Shown here piece by piece: positions 12,696 through 24,789 of a DNA stretch of 64,000 nucleotides. The stretch comes from Octopus vulgaris (Eukaryota). The stretch is from positions 108,562,001 through 108,626,000 of the forward strand of contig OX597823.1 in assembly GCA_951406725.2 (NCBI GenBank). Reading direction: 5' to 3'. The translations under genes and the position numbers were made by a program. The number at the start of each line of letters is the position of its first letter. Position 1 is the first letter of the stretch. The notes under the pieces were generated by a model. That model made no database searches, was not told the origin of the DNA, and was given only the letters and a program-made list of their open reading frames with translations.

Positions 12696-14539
12696 TATAT
12701 AGCATTATTTGATTAAATAACTAATGTTTTTATATGTGGTAGTGCTGGATATACTTGAAGTATTGAATACAATAAATAGTATTATTTAGTTGCCCTCCTT
12801 TATGTTCTGATATAATGGCATATTTAAAGAACTGTACACCATGTGTAGTGTAAGTTAGTTAAGCCACTTTTATGCTTTGATATGGTGGAGAATTAGGACT
12901 AAACAACGACCTCCACACCAACAACCTCAGTCTTCTTTTCCACAGCTCCATACATTGTCCAAGTTTCTGTTCTGTAGTGGACATGTTAGAATGAGCAGTA
13001 GGGTTTGTAACAAAAGGGAAGTAAAGCAACAGCGACAACTAAACCTTAGTCTATGCAGTGTGGTCTTCAGCCAAATAAGTTGTATCTTCTGCTGTATCAA
13101 TGGATTGCTTTGAGGGATTCAGCTGATTAGTAATGTGTTAGAAATTACCTGGTTCAGTGTTAAAAGAAAATAATCGTTACTCATAATGAAGTATAATGTA
13201 GTATGTACCATGTTTTTGCTAATTATTTTGGGTGCTTATGTTAGTTGTAAGGAGACAAAGACGCCCTCTCAGCCTTTCCACATTTGACCAAACAGAATAT
13301 GAGAATGTTGTTGGTGGAGGGAGAGAGGGCTGCACCAGCATTGAGTCGGTACTCATTTTTAGCAAAGTAGACTGGAACAAAGTGAAATGAAGCATCTTAC
13401 CGAAGGACAAGACATGCCATTTGGTTCAGGAATCGAACCCACAACCTAACTGATGGCTGTAAGTTCATCACCTCCAACCAAAAGTTGTCGGTGCAGTTGT
13501 TCTTTAGCCCCAAGTTTGCTCTGGGGCTATATTACAACTAAAACAACCACAATATTCGTTTCCAACAACCTTTATTGACTTCTATTTGAGTTCTTTAACA
13601 CATCTATGATTGCAATTTAGAAATAGAGAAAATCATGATTACAACATTTTGGTTAGAAAAATTGAGATCTTTTTCTTAATATAATTCAAGACGTTGTCTC
13701 CAACAGTTATTTTAATAATTGCTGCCTTTAGACACAAGTAATTTTACAAATACTGCATTCTTTCAGATACCTTCTATTGGTGTGGTTCCATGTATTTCTT
13801 GTGTTGCTCCTAATGAAAAAATTCTTCAATAACAAAGAGCAGGTCTGCTGCTTGTTTCCTATGACTAGAGGCTAGTTTCATGAATTTGTTTTTCCTACTT
13901 AGTCAGAGAACATTCTTTTTTTCTCCAAAACACAATTTTTCTTACTGCTGACATATCTTTTTGTTGATTTTAATTGACAATTCTTTGTTTGGCAGTTAAT
14001 GGAATATCTAAATTATTATCATTATCATCGTCATTATTATTATTTATCTATTTATTGCTTTTAGCTTTTTTTTTTTCTAATAGTATTAAAAGCTAAGAGC
14101 TTCAACATGAAATAAAAGAATGAAGCCTAAAATACACAGATCTTGTTTGATTTAATTACATTAAAAAATATAGAAACTTAGAGCAACAAATAAACGAAAA
14201 GATGAAGTTTTGCAAGGCAAGGAGAATCACTGAGAAAGAAGGCACCGATTCCAGATGGCAGACAAAAACAAACGGCAATAAAGGAAGACATACAAGGACA
14301 GAGAAGTAATTTCGTCACATTTTTCAAAATTTAATCAGATTGCTAAAGTTAAAAAAGAAGAAACCCGAATGGTTTAAGATTATAACGACAAAAATTGAAA
14401 GATAAATAGGTGTTATATTTTGGAGCAGGGAAGCGAAAGGTATATGTGTGAATATACATATAAATATATACATAAATGCATACACATATACATGCATACA
14501 TACATATATGCATATGTACATACAAGCATAGTCATATGC

Positions 14540-14719
<180 letters not shown>

Positions 14720-14876
14720 ATATATATATGTATATATATATTGAGGTTATAAGAGATAATAGTGACATTGAGACCCAAAGGTGTCTGGTAATGCTGCATA
14801 AATGCTATAGACAGACCATTGTTAAGTTCCAGATTCAGTAATAATGCAAATAAAGGGTTCAACGTTGGTTCTATGT

Positions 14877-14924
<48 letters not shown>

Positions 14925-14979
14925 ATGGAAAAAAAAGGTCAAGATAGAAAATGCTAAATTATTTTTATAATAAACATTT

Positions 14980-15015
14980 CAGTACCGGTTTCAGTCATTG
15001 AAACATTTTCAACTG
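14980..15015 (-). ncRNA. Type I hammerhead-like motif, U3-A8 core variant, within a PLE terminal fragment (~14925-15060)
   Basis: Minus strand: cag-TTGAAAA-tgtttcaatgact-GAAA-CCGG-TA-ctg. Stem II is degraded in this copy. Confidence 0.55.
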
Positions 15016-15149
15016 TAAGTATGGAAAACAATTAAATTTAGAAAAATTTTTTAAAGTTTTTTTAAAAGAATATTTGTATACTGTTCAAATACAATTGACA
15101 TTTTCCTTGTTTCTGCCTGCCTCTGTCTCTCTTGTTTACTATATATATA

Positions 15150-15295
15150 GGCACAATTTCAAAATTTCCCCCAAGTACCCATAAATGCAAACAAAACCTT
15201 CGTGAAGATGAAGAGGAAGCCTTAAAAACACTGAAGAATGACAATTCAATCATCGTAAAAGAATCCGATAAGGGAGGGGGTGATAGTAATCATGG
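15150..15295 (+). pseudogene. Penelope-like retrotransposon RT N-terminal remnant
   Basis: Translation KQNLREDEEEALKTLKNDNSIIVKESDKGG matches the PLE motif NL...E..ALK.L..D.SI.IK.ADKG. The frame is lost afterwards. Confidence 0.8.
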
Positions 15296-15900
15296 CTTGC
15301 GGTGGGTTTGGAGGTGAGATATGTTGAAGGCACTTGAAAAAACCTGTGGAAAGAATTATTTCACACTGAAGTATGAATGGATCCTTTACGGAATATTTAC
15401 TCAAGATCAGGACAGGAAGGCAAATAGAAGGATCGATGAGACTGATAAAGCAAGTACTGAGCATCTGAAGGAACAGAGAGAAAGAGACAAAAGTTGGAGA
15501 CATCATGAATTGGATGCTCATGTGAATACAAATGGAATAAAACAAGTTTTGTGTAAATTGGCCCACAGGTTACCGAGATACATGGTTTTTTTTCAGGTAC
15601 CTTTATAAATAGCCAAACTGGCATGTAATGGAAAAAAATGCTCTGAAAGTAAGGTACCATTGAAATGTGAATAACAGAAGTTTCACATAAATCGGACCAC
15701 AGATTCCTGAGATACACAGCTTTTTGGGGTACCTTGAACTATTGTTGACCCAACAGGTCACGAGTAGTCTAGTATGCATATATATATAAACAGTTTGGCT
15801 GCTTTGTTTCTCTGGAGACTGTTAGAATGATGAGAATGCCTCTAATGGAAACCCAATAAGATTCGAAAAGTAATTAAGGTTATTCATCTTTTTTTTCAGT

Positions 15901-16105
15901 CAATGGCCTAGTGGTTAGGGCAGCGGACTCGCGGTCGCAGGATCGCGGTTTCGATTCTCAGACCGGGCGTTGTGTGTGTTTATTGAGCGAAAACACCTAA
16001 AAGCTCTACGAGGCTCTGGCAGGGGGTGGTGATCCCTGCTGTACTCTTTCACCACAATGGCGGTGCCCCAGCATGGCCACAGCTCAAGAGCTGAAACTGG
16101 AAAAA
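15901..16105 (+). mobile_element. SINE family C head joined to a family A-type tail
   Basis: Family C head to ...accacaa, then tggcggtgccccagcatggccacagct...gctgaaac and an A-rich tail. Confidence 0.8.
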
Positions 16106-16206
16106 CAAAAACAAAAACAAACAACAAACAGATAAATGGTTAAAATTTGCCCTGTTTATAATTATACCATATGCTATAAAAAAATATATATATATATATA
16201 TATATA

Positions 16207-16590
16207 GGTTCAGCAAAATTTAGATTCTGTTGAATATGGTACTTGAGTTAAAGGCACCAGAATTTGGTATGGTATTATCCATATAATTCAAAATGGGGTG
16301 ATTACAATCAAAATAAGCAACAAGAATATCCAAAGGTAATGCAGTACGATCGTTTCATGTGACTTCATTTAATTGAACAATGCAAGTATTACATCAGTTT
16401 TAAAATGTAGAGCAACCTTCAGCTGCATAAAATGAATCCTTTGGATTTACCTAAATTCTATATTTTTATGCAGCTGAAGATTGCTCTACATTTTAAAACT
16501 AATGTAATATTTGCATCGTTCAATTAAATTAAGTCGCATGTAACGATCGTACTGCATTACCTCTGGATATCCTTGTTGCTTATTTTGGGA
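16207..16590. mobile_element. PLE-like foldback insert in (TA)n with a hammerhead motif in each arm
   Basis: Inverted arms about 16309-16433 and 16463-16587. HHR-like motifs at 16339-16428 (-) and 16468-16557 (+). Confidence 0.75.
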
Positions 16591-16649
16591 ATATATATAT
16601 ATATATATATATCCACACACACATGTATATACATAAAATACATACAAAT

Positions 16650-17280
16650 TTGCTCTCCACAATACTTAGGATTAAAGAAGCTATTGATGATGCAACTGTT
16701 ACTATGGGTGTCTTTTATACTTATCTGATGGGAGGGAAATGGGACTGACAATATTTTAAGAATGCTGTCGTAGTAGTGTTATTTGAGTCTCTAACAGATG
16801 ATTGGAGAGAGTTATTCCATGAAAGGAAATGAGTGTGAAGACTGAAATTTGCAATGCCTATAAACTGTACTCCTTGCATGCCTGGTTGTCCTTAATTTTT
16901 AGCAGTCTTGTTTCATTGTATAGACGATAGATGCATTGTGCACTGTTTTGTGTACTTTGTAGTCAGCTGTGATTTATTGTGGAGAGATTAAGATCCAGGT
17001 AGTGCTGGCTTGGCTTGGAATGGATCTAATACATTATTTGCACACAATTTTTATTGTTTCTCTCTGTTGGCTGATGGTGGTATGTGTATGATTGTTGTCC
17101 GTAGGTTTGTGCATTGCTTTGCTCTCTTAATGAGGTTTTCAATTTGTGTTGGGTATGTTAAAGAGGTGTTGTTTATAATTCCTAGAATTTTTAGTAGGTT
17201 GTTGATATCAGCAGGCTTCTTGAATAGTTTTGATATTATAGTCTTCTGAAACTAGATGTTTTAGTAAGTGCTGCTGTATC
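16650..17280 (-). mobile_element. Highly decayed LINE RT-region remnant
   Basis: The minus strand reads KILGIINNTSLTYPTQIENLIKRAKQ near 17130-17200, similar to the LINE RT domain 7/thumb pattern (K.LGV..D..L.F..HI..). Confidence 0.4.
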
Positions 17281-17832
17281 TAAAAGCTGTATTACAAACC
17301 GTAACAATGTAATATTCTTTCTGATCATTGGCACAAGGCCTGAAATTTTGAAGGAGGGTGAATTTAATTACATCGACCCCAGTGTGCAATTGGTACATAT
17401 TTCATCGACCCTGAATGGATGAAAGAATGGTTATATGTGCATCTAAAACAGAGAATGCATACTAAGTGGAAGGGTGTCAAAATCTGTATCATTAATTTTA
17501 AGGATTAATTTTCTTCTATAAAGTCCATGATTATTACTTTGAAATACAAATAAATTAACTTAAGCACAATCTGATTTTGGCTAGCAGGTTAAAGAATAAA
17601 AAAATCTATAATAGTTAATCAAAACTTTGTCCCTGGTAGGCATGAAATACAAGGCTGAAATTATATATCTAATCTAACAATATAATTACCTCATTTATCT
17701 TATATCTTCAAAATTGTTCTAACTCTCAATACCTAACTTTCTGCTCTATGAACAAATAGATGTGTCTTGTAGAATGCATGAATTTCTCTGCAATATATTT
17801 TTTTTCTCTCCTTGTTTTTTTTTTCTGTGTCT

Positions 17833-17868
17833 CTTTCTGCAGAAGAGCGTAGGCTCGAAACGTAAAAG
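17833..17868 (+). ncRNA. Minimal type I hammerhead-like motif (A6 variant) in a PLE terminal fragment (~17795-17960)
   Basis: cttt-CTGCAGA-a-gagc(gtag)gctc-GAAA-CG-TA-aaag. Sister copy at 59171-59206. Confidence 0.6.
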
Positions 17869-18033
17869 ACTTTTACAATTTCTGAGCGTTATACTAATAC
17901 ATCTGTTTGTTTTGTACACCACCTGTCTTCGCCTTTTGCTTTTTTCGTGAACTCTCCCCCTATATATATCCAACCCATGCTAGCATGGAAAGCGGACATT
18001 AAATGATGATGATGATGATGATGATGATTTGTG

Positions 18034-18083
<50 letters not shown>

Positions 18084-18689
18084 CACACCACACACATTCA
18101 TACAAAGGGTCTCTGTCTACCAAATCCACTCACAAAACTTGTGTTGGCCTGTGGCTCTTATAGAAGATACTTATCAAAAGCACCACATACTGGGATTGAA
18201 CCTGAAACCATGTAAATACACATTGTTACCAGGTGAGGAGGGTGTAGCAGACACCCTACAGGATTAAAAAGCAAGACCTATCACATGGAGGATGAGCCAG
18301 TGGCCATCTACATGACTGGTGTCTTGCAAAAACATCCTGCATGTTGGTTGGCAAACCATGCAGCTAGTCCAAGATTGAACCCACAAAAGTTCCAACGAAA
18401 GAAATACCGTTATCTATAAGTTGGAATCAATGTCAACTAGTGATGTGGCATGGAGCAAAGAAGTAAAAGAGGTGAGAAGTGACTACTCTAAGAGAAATGT
18501 AGTTACAGATTTTTTAAAAATTGAAATCGCAGGCATCATTACTCCAAGAATCGTGTTTCTGATCTCCAGACAATTTTAAATATTTATGCAAGAAATAAAA
18601 AAGGAAGAAAGAAAAAACTGTAGGCTGTGATTTCACACAAAAATTTTAGGGAAAAACTGTATTTTGATTGGTTGAAAATAAGAATAGTT

Positions 18690-19226
18690 TATCCATGTAT
18701 ATGTCTAGATACGTATGTGTGTGTGTGTGTGTGTGTGTGTGTCTATACACACATAAATACATATGAACACACATACATGCGTGGACACATGCACACACAT
18801 AAGAACTATATGAATCTCTATAGCAACAACAAAAACAATAATATAAATGTCAATGCTATTAATCATGATGATAACGATGAACATGACAGTAATGATGATG
18901 ATGATGATGATGACAACGATGATGATGATGATGTCGATGCTCCATATAATAATAATAATAACAACAACAACAACAACAACAATAATCATAATAATAATAA
19001 TAATAATCATAATAATAATAATAATAATAGTGATAAATATCTTAATATTAATAGGAATAACAACAACCAGTTTTTTTTTCAATTTAACTTCATTTTCGTT
19101 TCTATACTTCTTTATGTTATTCCTATTATTTATTTATTTATTTATATATGTATTTATTTATTTACTTATTATTTATTATAGATACACACACACACACACA
19201 AACACATAAACATATATGTATATATG

Positions 19227-19276
<50 letters not shown>

Positions 19277-19668
19277 CACACACACACACACATACACACA
19301 CATACATATGTATATATTGAGAACCATTTTTCTTTAAATCAGATCATATTCAGTTTGCCTTAGAACATTTTCAATGAAAGTTCAATATAATACAAAAAAT
19401 TTTTTTCTTCATTATTTAACAGAGAAAAAAAATTTTTTTCTGCTTCCCACCCTCTTTTTTTTTCTCCCTCTCTTCAAGCATCCCCTCCTCCTGCCTTATT
19501 TTTCCCCCCTCCTACCACCACTCCATCCACAACAACATTTTTACATTTCATTTATCTTTCCTTGTATTTCAATCTATGAAGAAATATCACATTTTCTTTA
19601 TGAAATATATATACATACATACACACACACACACATATATATATATATTCATATATATATACATATAC

Positions 19669-19702
<34 letters not shown>

Positions 19703-20109
19703 TTATGAATTGTATATATATATGTTATAATATATATGCTATATACATGTGTGTGTATGTGTGTGAGTGTGTTATATATATATGTGTTGTGTGTTGTGTG
19801 TATGTGTATATATATGCTGTATCTTAGTCTGCTGGCATTTTTTTTTCTGATCTATTTTTCTTTAAATATTTCACTGCTTAACAAATTTTTTTCACTCCTC
19901 TATTTATGATTCTCTTTTCTCTTTTTTTTTATTTTTTATTTTTTTTTGCATCACTCGTCCTTCTTCTTCTAACGTTAATCTTGAAAATGTTCAAAAGCAA
20001 AAGCAAAATTATATTAAAAAAAAATAAATCAAGAAATACAACAACAACAGTAGCAACAACAACCAACAACACCAACAACAATAATAAGCAAGTATTACCA
20101 GTACTGCTT

Positions 20110-20149
<40 letters not shown>

Positions 20150-20251
20150 ATATCAAGAGCAATGACAACAGCAACTCCAAGGATTTACCAAATACTAATA
20201 ATAATGATTAATCTTAATATTTTTATTATAAAAATAATAATGCATAACATA

Positions 20252-20328
<77 letters not shown>

Positions 20329-20935
20329 CAACAACTACAACAACAACGGTGTGCATTGGCATATTATATAGACAGTTATCACATTTTATGGAAAAGATAA
20401 TGGTGGATGGAAAAAAAAAGGGAAAAAGAGAAATTATTAAAAATTAATATAATGTAATGTAATATAGTGGGGAAAATTGTTCATGAAATTTGAACAGAAT
20501 AAATCTTTCAGGTTCTTCATTCCTTTTTGGAAATTACTTTAGAAATTATATGTGTGTGTGTATATATATACACACACACGTGCATATATACATGTATATA
20601 CATATATATGTATATATGTTGTACAAGTGTATATGTATACATGTGTGTGTGTTTTGGCTTTGTGTGCATGTATGTGTGTGTTTGTGTGTGTGTGTGCTTT
20701 GGCTTTGTGTGCATGTATGTGTGTGTTTGTGTGTGTGTGTGTGCATATATATATATATATACATATACACACATGCATATATACATGTTTATACATATAT
20801 ATGTATATATGTTGTACAAGTGTATATGTATATGTGTGTGTGTGTGTTTTGGCTTTGTGTGCATGTATGTGTGTATTGTGTGTATGCATATGTTTGTACG
20901 TATATGATTGCACACATGTGTGTGCTTGTGTGTGA
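18690..20935. repeat. Compound microsatellite / low-complexity block
   Basis: (TG)n, (GAT)n, (AAT)n, (CAA)n, (CTA)n and (TA)n. A unit containing tttggctttgtgtgcatgtatgtgtgt recurs three times at about 20650-20875. Confidence 0.9.
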
Positions 20936-20949
20936 GTACTATATCTCAA

Positions 20950-21340
20950 TGCGTCCGTGTTCCATCATTCTTGTATGCTAGCTAACATTACACATCCATT
21001 GGAGCATGCTCACCTTGCTGCTTTCCAGCCTCCATGCATTCTTAGCATCCAATGCTTCTGTTTTCCCTACCTTGCAATAGATGCTTCATTCAAAAGGCTC
21101 AACACATTCTGTCCTTTACCAGGAGAAGGAAGCCATTTTCTACCAACAGAGGTAATATTTAATACCTGGCTTGTATATGAGTCGTTTCTGGTTCCAAAGC
21201 GAAGTAGTCACCTTTGCAGAGGCAATACCCATCTCTTCTCTTCTTATAGTAAGGATTCAACTTGGTGACAAATAATTACTGCTCTCCTTCCACATGAAAC
21301 AATGAACGTCATCTATTTTGGGGTGTCTGTAGGTAAAGAC
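20950..21340 (-). mobile_element. Degenerate RTE LINE ORF remnant
   Basis: The minus strand reads LLVENGFLLLVKDR..AWRLESSKVSMLQWMCNVS, similar to RTE ..KGLSLRVKGRLY..NEASMLRWMCNVS. Confidence 0.65.
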
Positions 21341-22269
21341 TGACCAAACCTCAGTACAGTACATGTAAAAACTTGAGTAAACTGGTAAGCAAGTGTTCCT
21401 TCTCAACGTTATGCATGCAAGTCTCCCCTTTCTGAAAGGAAAAGTCTCAGAATTGGGATGATATCGTTTGGCACCAATGTTGTTTCAAACATTGCTGTCA
21501 GAATCCAAAGAGCCAAGACAAAGACAAACTTGCTTCCTGATTCTCTAATATTTCTGCTGATCCACTGCTCTGGGCCTGTAATTTTTTATAGACTCTGAAA
21601 TGTTAAAAGTCAAGTTGATCTTTTCTGGATTGAAGAGAGCAGAATCATAGCAAATACCACAAGGCATTTTCTCCTATGTACTGATGACCTCTAATCTGTT
21701 ACTCTTTTTTTTTTTGTCTAACTACACCTTGCAAATCTTAATGTACCTGATCCCGAGTCACACAACTTAATGTGTCTGATCCTTGGTTCAAGTGCATTTG
21801 GCCAGCTTTAATCCGTCTAAGTCTTAGTCATAGTTTATCTGATACAGCTAAGTTTTCTTTAAGATAATAAGGCAAGATTGACAGAGATTTAGCTGCTAAT
21901 TCTTGCAAATTAAGTTACTACTTTCAAGATTTCCTCATCAGCTTAGGGTAACTTAGAGTTTGTTGGCTCAATCATTATTAAACTGAGTATATATAATGGT
22001 AGACTATTATTTTTTTAATTACAGAATTTGTAAAGTGACCTAAGTAGTAACTGTGATATTATATATAGGTCATTTTCCAGGAGTTTATTAGTTATTTCTA
22101 ATGCGATATGTCTAGTTAATATTTAATTAGCATTTCAAATCTAATAGGTCTAGTTAATATGTAATTAACAGCACTATTATGAAATGTCTAATTAAGATTT
22201 AATTGATGGCACCAATGGGATAGGTCATGCTAACATTTAATTGGTAGCACTAATTGGATACATCTAGTT

Positions 22270-23870
22270 TATTCATGTTTTAAAAATTTTATTGAATTTC
22301 TCTTGAGAAAGTGGTTGAACCCATAGTCTTTAGCAGATGAGATAACCAAACATTCATGGTCGAAAATTTTGACCGAGATCCATTCGAATGTGAAGTGATG
22401 GGATCTTTGTGCTACTAAAGGAGGCATGATTGGTATTATCTCATCAAATGCTGTCTTCAGAGCTTCCTTTTCTGAGATCAATATGAGTTTTACATGAAAT
22501 TGCATATAGATGATGCTTGAGTCCAGGTGGTTAGGGAATAATGAGAGGTGATATCATTTGTACAGAAGAAAGCAGTCTTGAAGGTGACTGTAAGTTAATG
22601 TATAGGAAGAAGAGTGTGGGAGGTAAAGCTAAGCCTGAGAGCAAGCTAGAGTTGACAGAATGTGGGTCAGAGAGAGTTCTATCAAATCAATGCAGGCCAC
22701 AGTGGTGTGGCCTGACAGGAAATCACTTAACAAGGAGATGAAAGCACATGGAGGCCATTAGCAGGCAGTTCTGCTATGCGATTTGTTTCAGGGATGGTGA
22801 AATGTTTTGCTGATATTAATAGGAACAACACTGTTTCACTTAATTTTCAAATTGTGGTGCAGGGTAAAAGCCATCAGGTTTGTAAGGGTGGAGGATTTCC
22901 CCATGTAATGTAGGCAGATGTTTTGCTTAAACCATTACAGTGGAGCTACTATGAGTGAATCAGTTGGGGAACTAAGGGTTGAGTTTTGATGTGTGAGGAA
23001 CATGCCTAAGATGAAAGTTTCAGAGACTCTCTTATCTGTTTCTGAGTGGTCAGACAGAACTGAATGACATGTGCTGCAAAGGATAGTTAGCATAAAACTG
23101 GCCGATCCCTGACCAACCAACTAACTTGGTAAGTAGCTTGCTGACCAACCACATGGACCCGGGTTCAGTCCCACTGTGTGGCATCTTGGACAAGTGTCTT
23201 CCGCTATAGAACCGGGCCGACCAATGCCTTGTGAGTGGATTTGGTAGACAGAAACTGAAAGAAGCCTGTCGTATATATGTATATATATATATATATATGC
23301 GTGCATATGTGTTTGTGCAAGCAACGCCCCTAGCATTGCTTGACAACCGATGCTGGTGTATTTACGGCCCCGTCACTTAGCGGTTCGGCAAACGGGACCG
23401 ATAGAATAAGTACTGGGCTTACAAAAGAATAAGTCCCGGGGTCGATTTCCTCGACTAAAGGCGGTGCTCCAGCATGGCCGCAGTCAAATGACTGAAACAA
23501 GTAAAAGAGTAAAAGAGTATATAAAGAGATAAGATGCGAGTTGCATGTATTATTAAGATGTTATGCATACAGTCCAGGATGATGTTGAGTCCATGAGTTT
23601 TGGAGAAGAGAAGAGAGAATTTATTTTGCAGGTTTAGGATTGCTTTTTAATATCAAAAGTATGTGGAGGATATCAGGCATTGGTAGGTCACAATGACCTT
23701 CAGTCAGAAGCCAGGTCAGAATGACACTTGCAACAAACCAAACTTTACTATAAGAATTTCTGTGACAGAGTGGTGTTAAAACAAGTAGTTCGATGTACAG
23801 AGCACCCAAAATATATAAAGGGAAAAGTAAGAAGAGGACCCTCTAATGTCATATATCAGAAGACTGCATT
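22270..23870 (-). mobile_element. Old LINE remnant (CR1/L2-like?) interrupted by a SINE
   Basis: Non-repetitive purine-rich stretch continuing on both sides of the 23127 SINE. Only weak RT-like similarity is visible by eye. Confidence 0.3.
23127..23518 (+). mobile_element. SINE family A, young, slightly 5'-truncated
   Basis: CpG-rich and close to the family consensus; ends aagtaaaagagtaaaagag. Confidence 0.9.
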
Positions 23871-23923
23871 ATATGGGATACCAGTCATAAGATAATACAA
23901 AGGTAAACACACACACACACCCA

Positions 23924-24003
<80 letters not shown>

Positions 24004-24160
24004 GACATATGTAAATATGAATCTTTGTATGCACATATATAACAAGGGCATCCAGTTAACACTGGAGCAGAGCACAAACCTGTGGTTCACTGGATCCTAA
24101 CAATCTGTCCAACCCTTGCCAGCATAGAAAACAGATGTTAAGTGATGATGATGATGGTAA

Positions 24161-24215
<55 letters not shown>

Positions 24216-24307
24216 ATCCAAACAAGAAAGCACAAAAAAAACACAACGCGAGGATGTGGAACAAATATAGTATTATTGGATGCTCAGGAAAGAAGGAAAG
24301 AAGGAGA

Positions 24308-24342
24308 GTTTAACGTTTCGAGCGGAGCTCTTTGTCGGAAAC
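24308..24342 (-). ncRNA. Minimal hammerhead-like motif with degenerate core in a PLE fragment (~24212-24370)
   Basis: Minus strand: gttt-CCGACAA-a-gagc(tcc)gctc-GAAA-CG-TT-aaac. Confidence 0.55.
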
Positions 24343-24465
24343 ATAGGAGAAGGAAAGATCCAGTGAAGGGACACACACACACATATATTAGACAAAATAA
24401 GATAACAAAGCCAAGGCTGTGAGGAGTTTTCAGGGCATTTATAAGGAAAAAAGATATAAATATAG

Positions 24466-24511
24466 TCTTACAGCTGTTTCTGGGATATTATGGATATCCC
24501 TTCATCAGAGA
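24466..24511 (-). ncRNA. Type I hammerhead ribozyme, canonical core, in a PLE fragment (~24390-24530)
   Basis: Minus strand: tct-CTGATGA-a-gggatat(ccata)atatccc-a-GAAA-C(agct)G-TA-aga. GUA cleavage triplet; palindromic short stem III. Confidence 0.78.
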
Positions 24512-24789
24512 TGATATGAGATGGTTAAATCTATGCACCTATATGTGTGTGTATATATTTCATCATTTAACATCCGTTTTCTGTGCTAGCACGGGTTGGA
24601 CGATAGGTGCATAGCTATATGTATGTTTTTGTATATGTATGTATGTATGTATGTATGTGTGCATGCATTTAAGTATGTATGTATGTATTGGTCTTCCCCC
24701 ACTACCAACCATTGTGGCCTCCAGCTACCTATAATTAGTACAAGTTAAAACAGATATAGAATTAAATGGATGAGAACTAGCGGGAAAAA

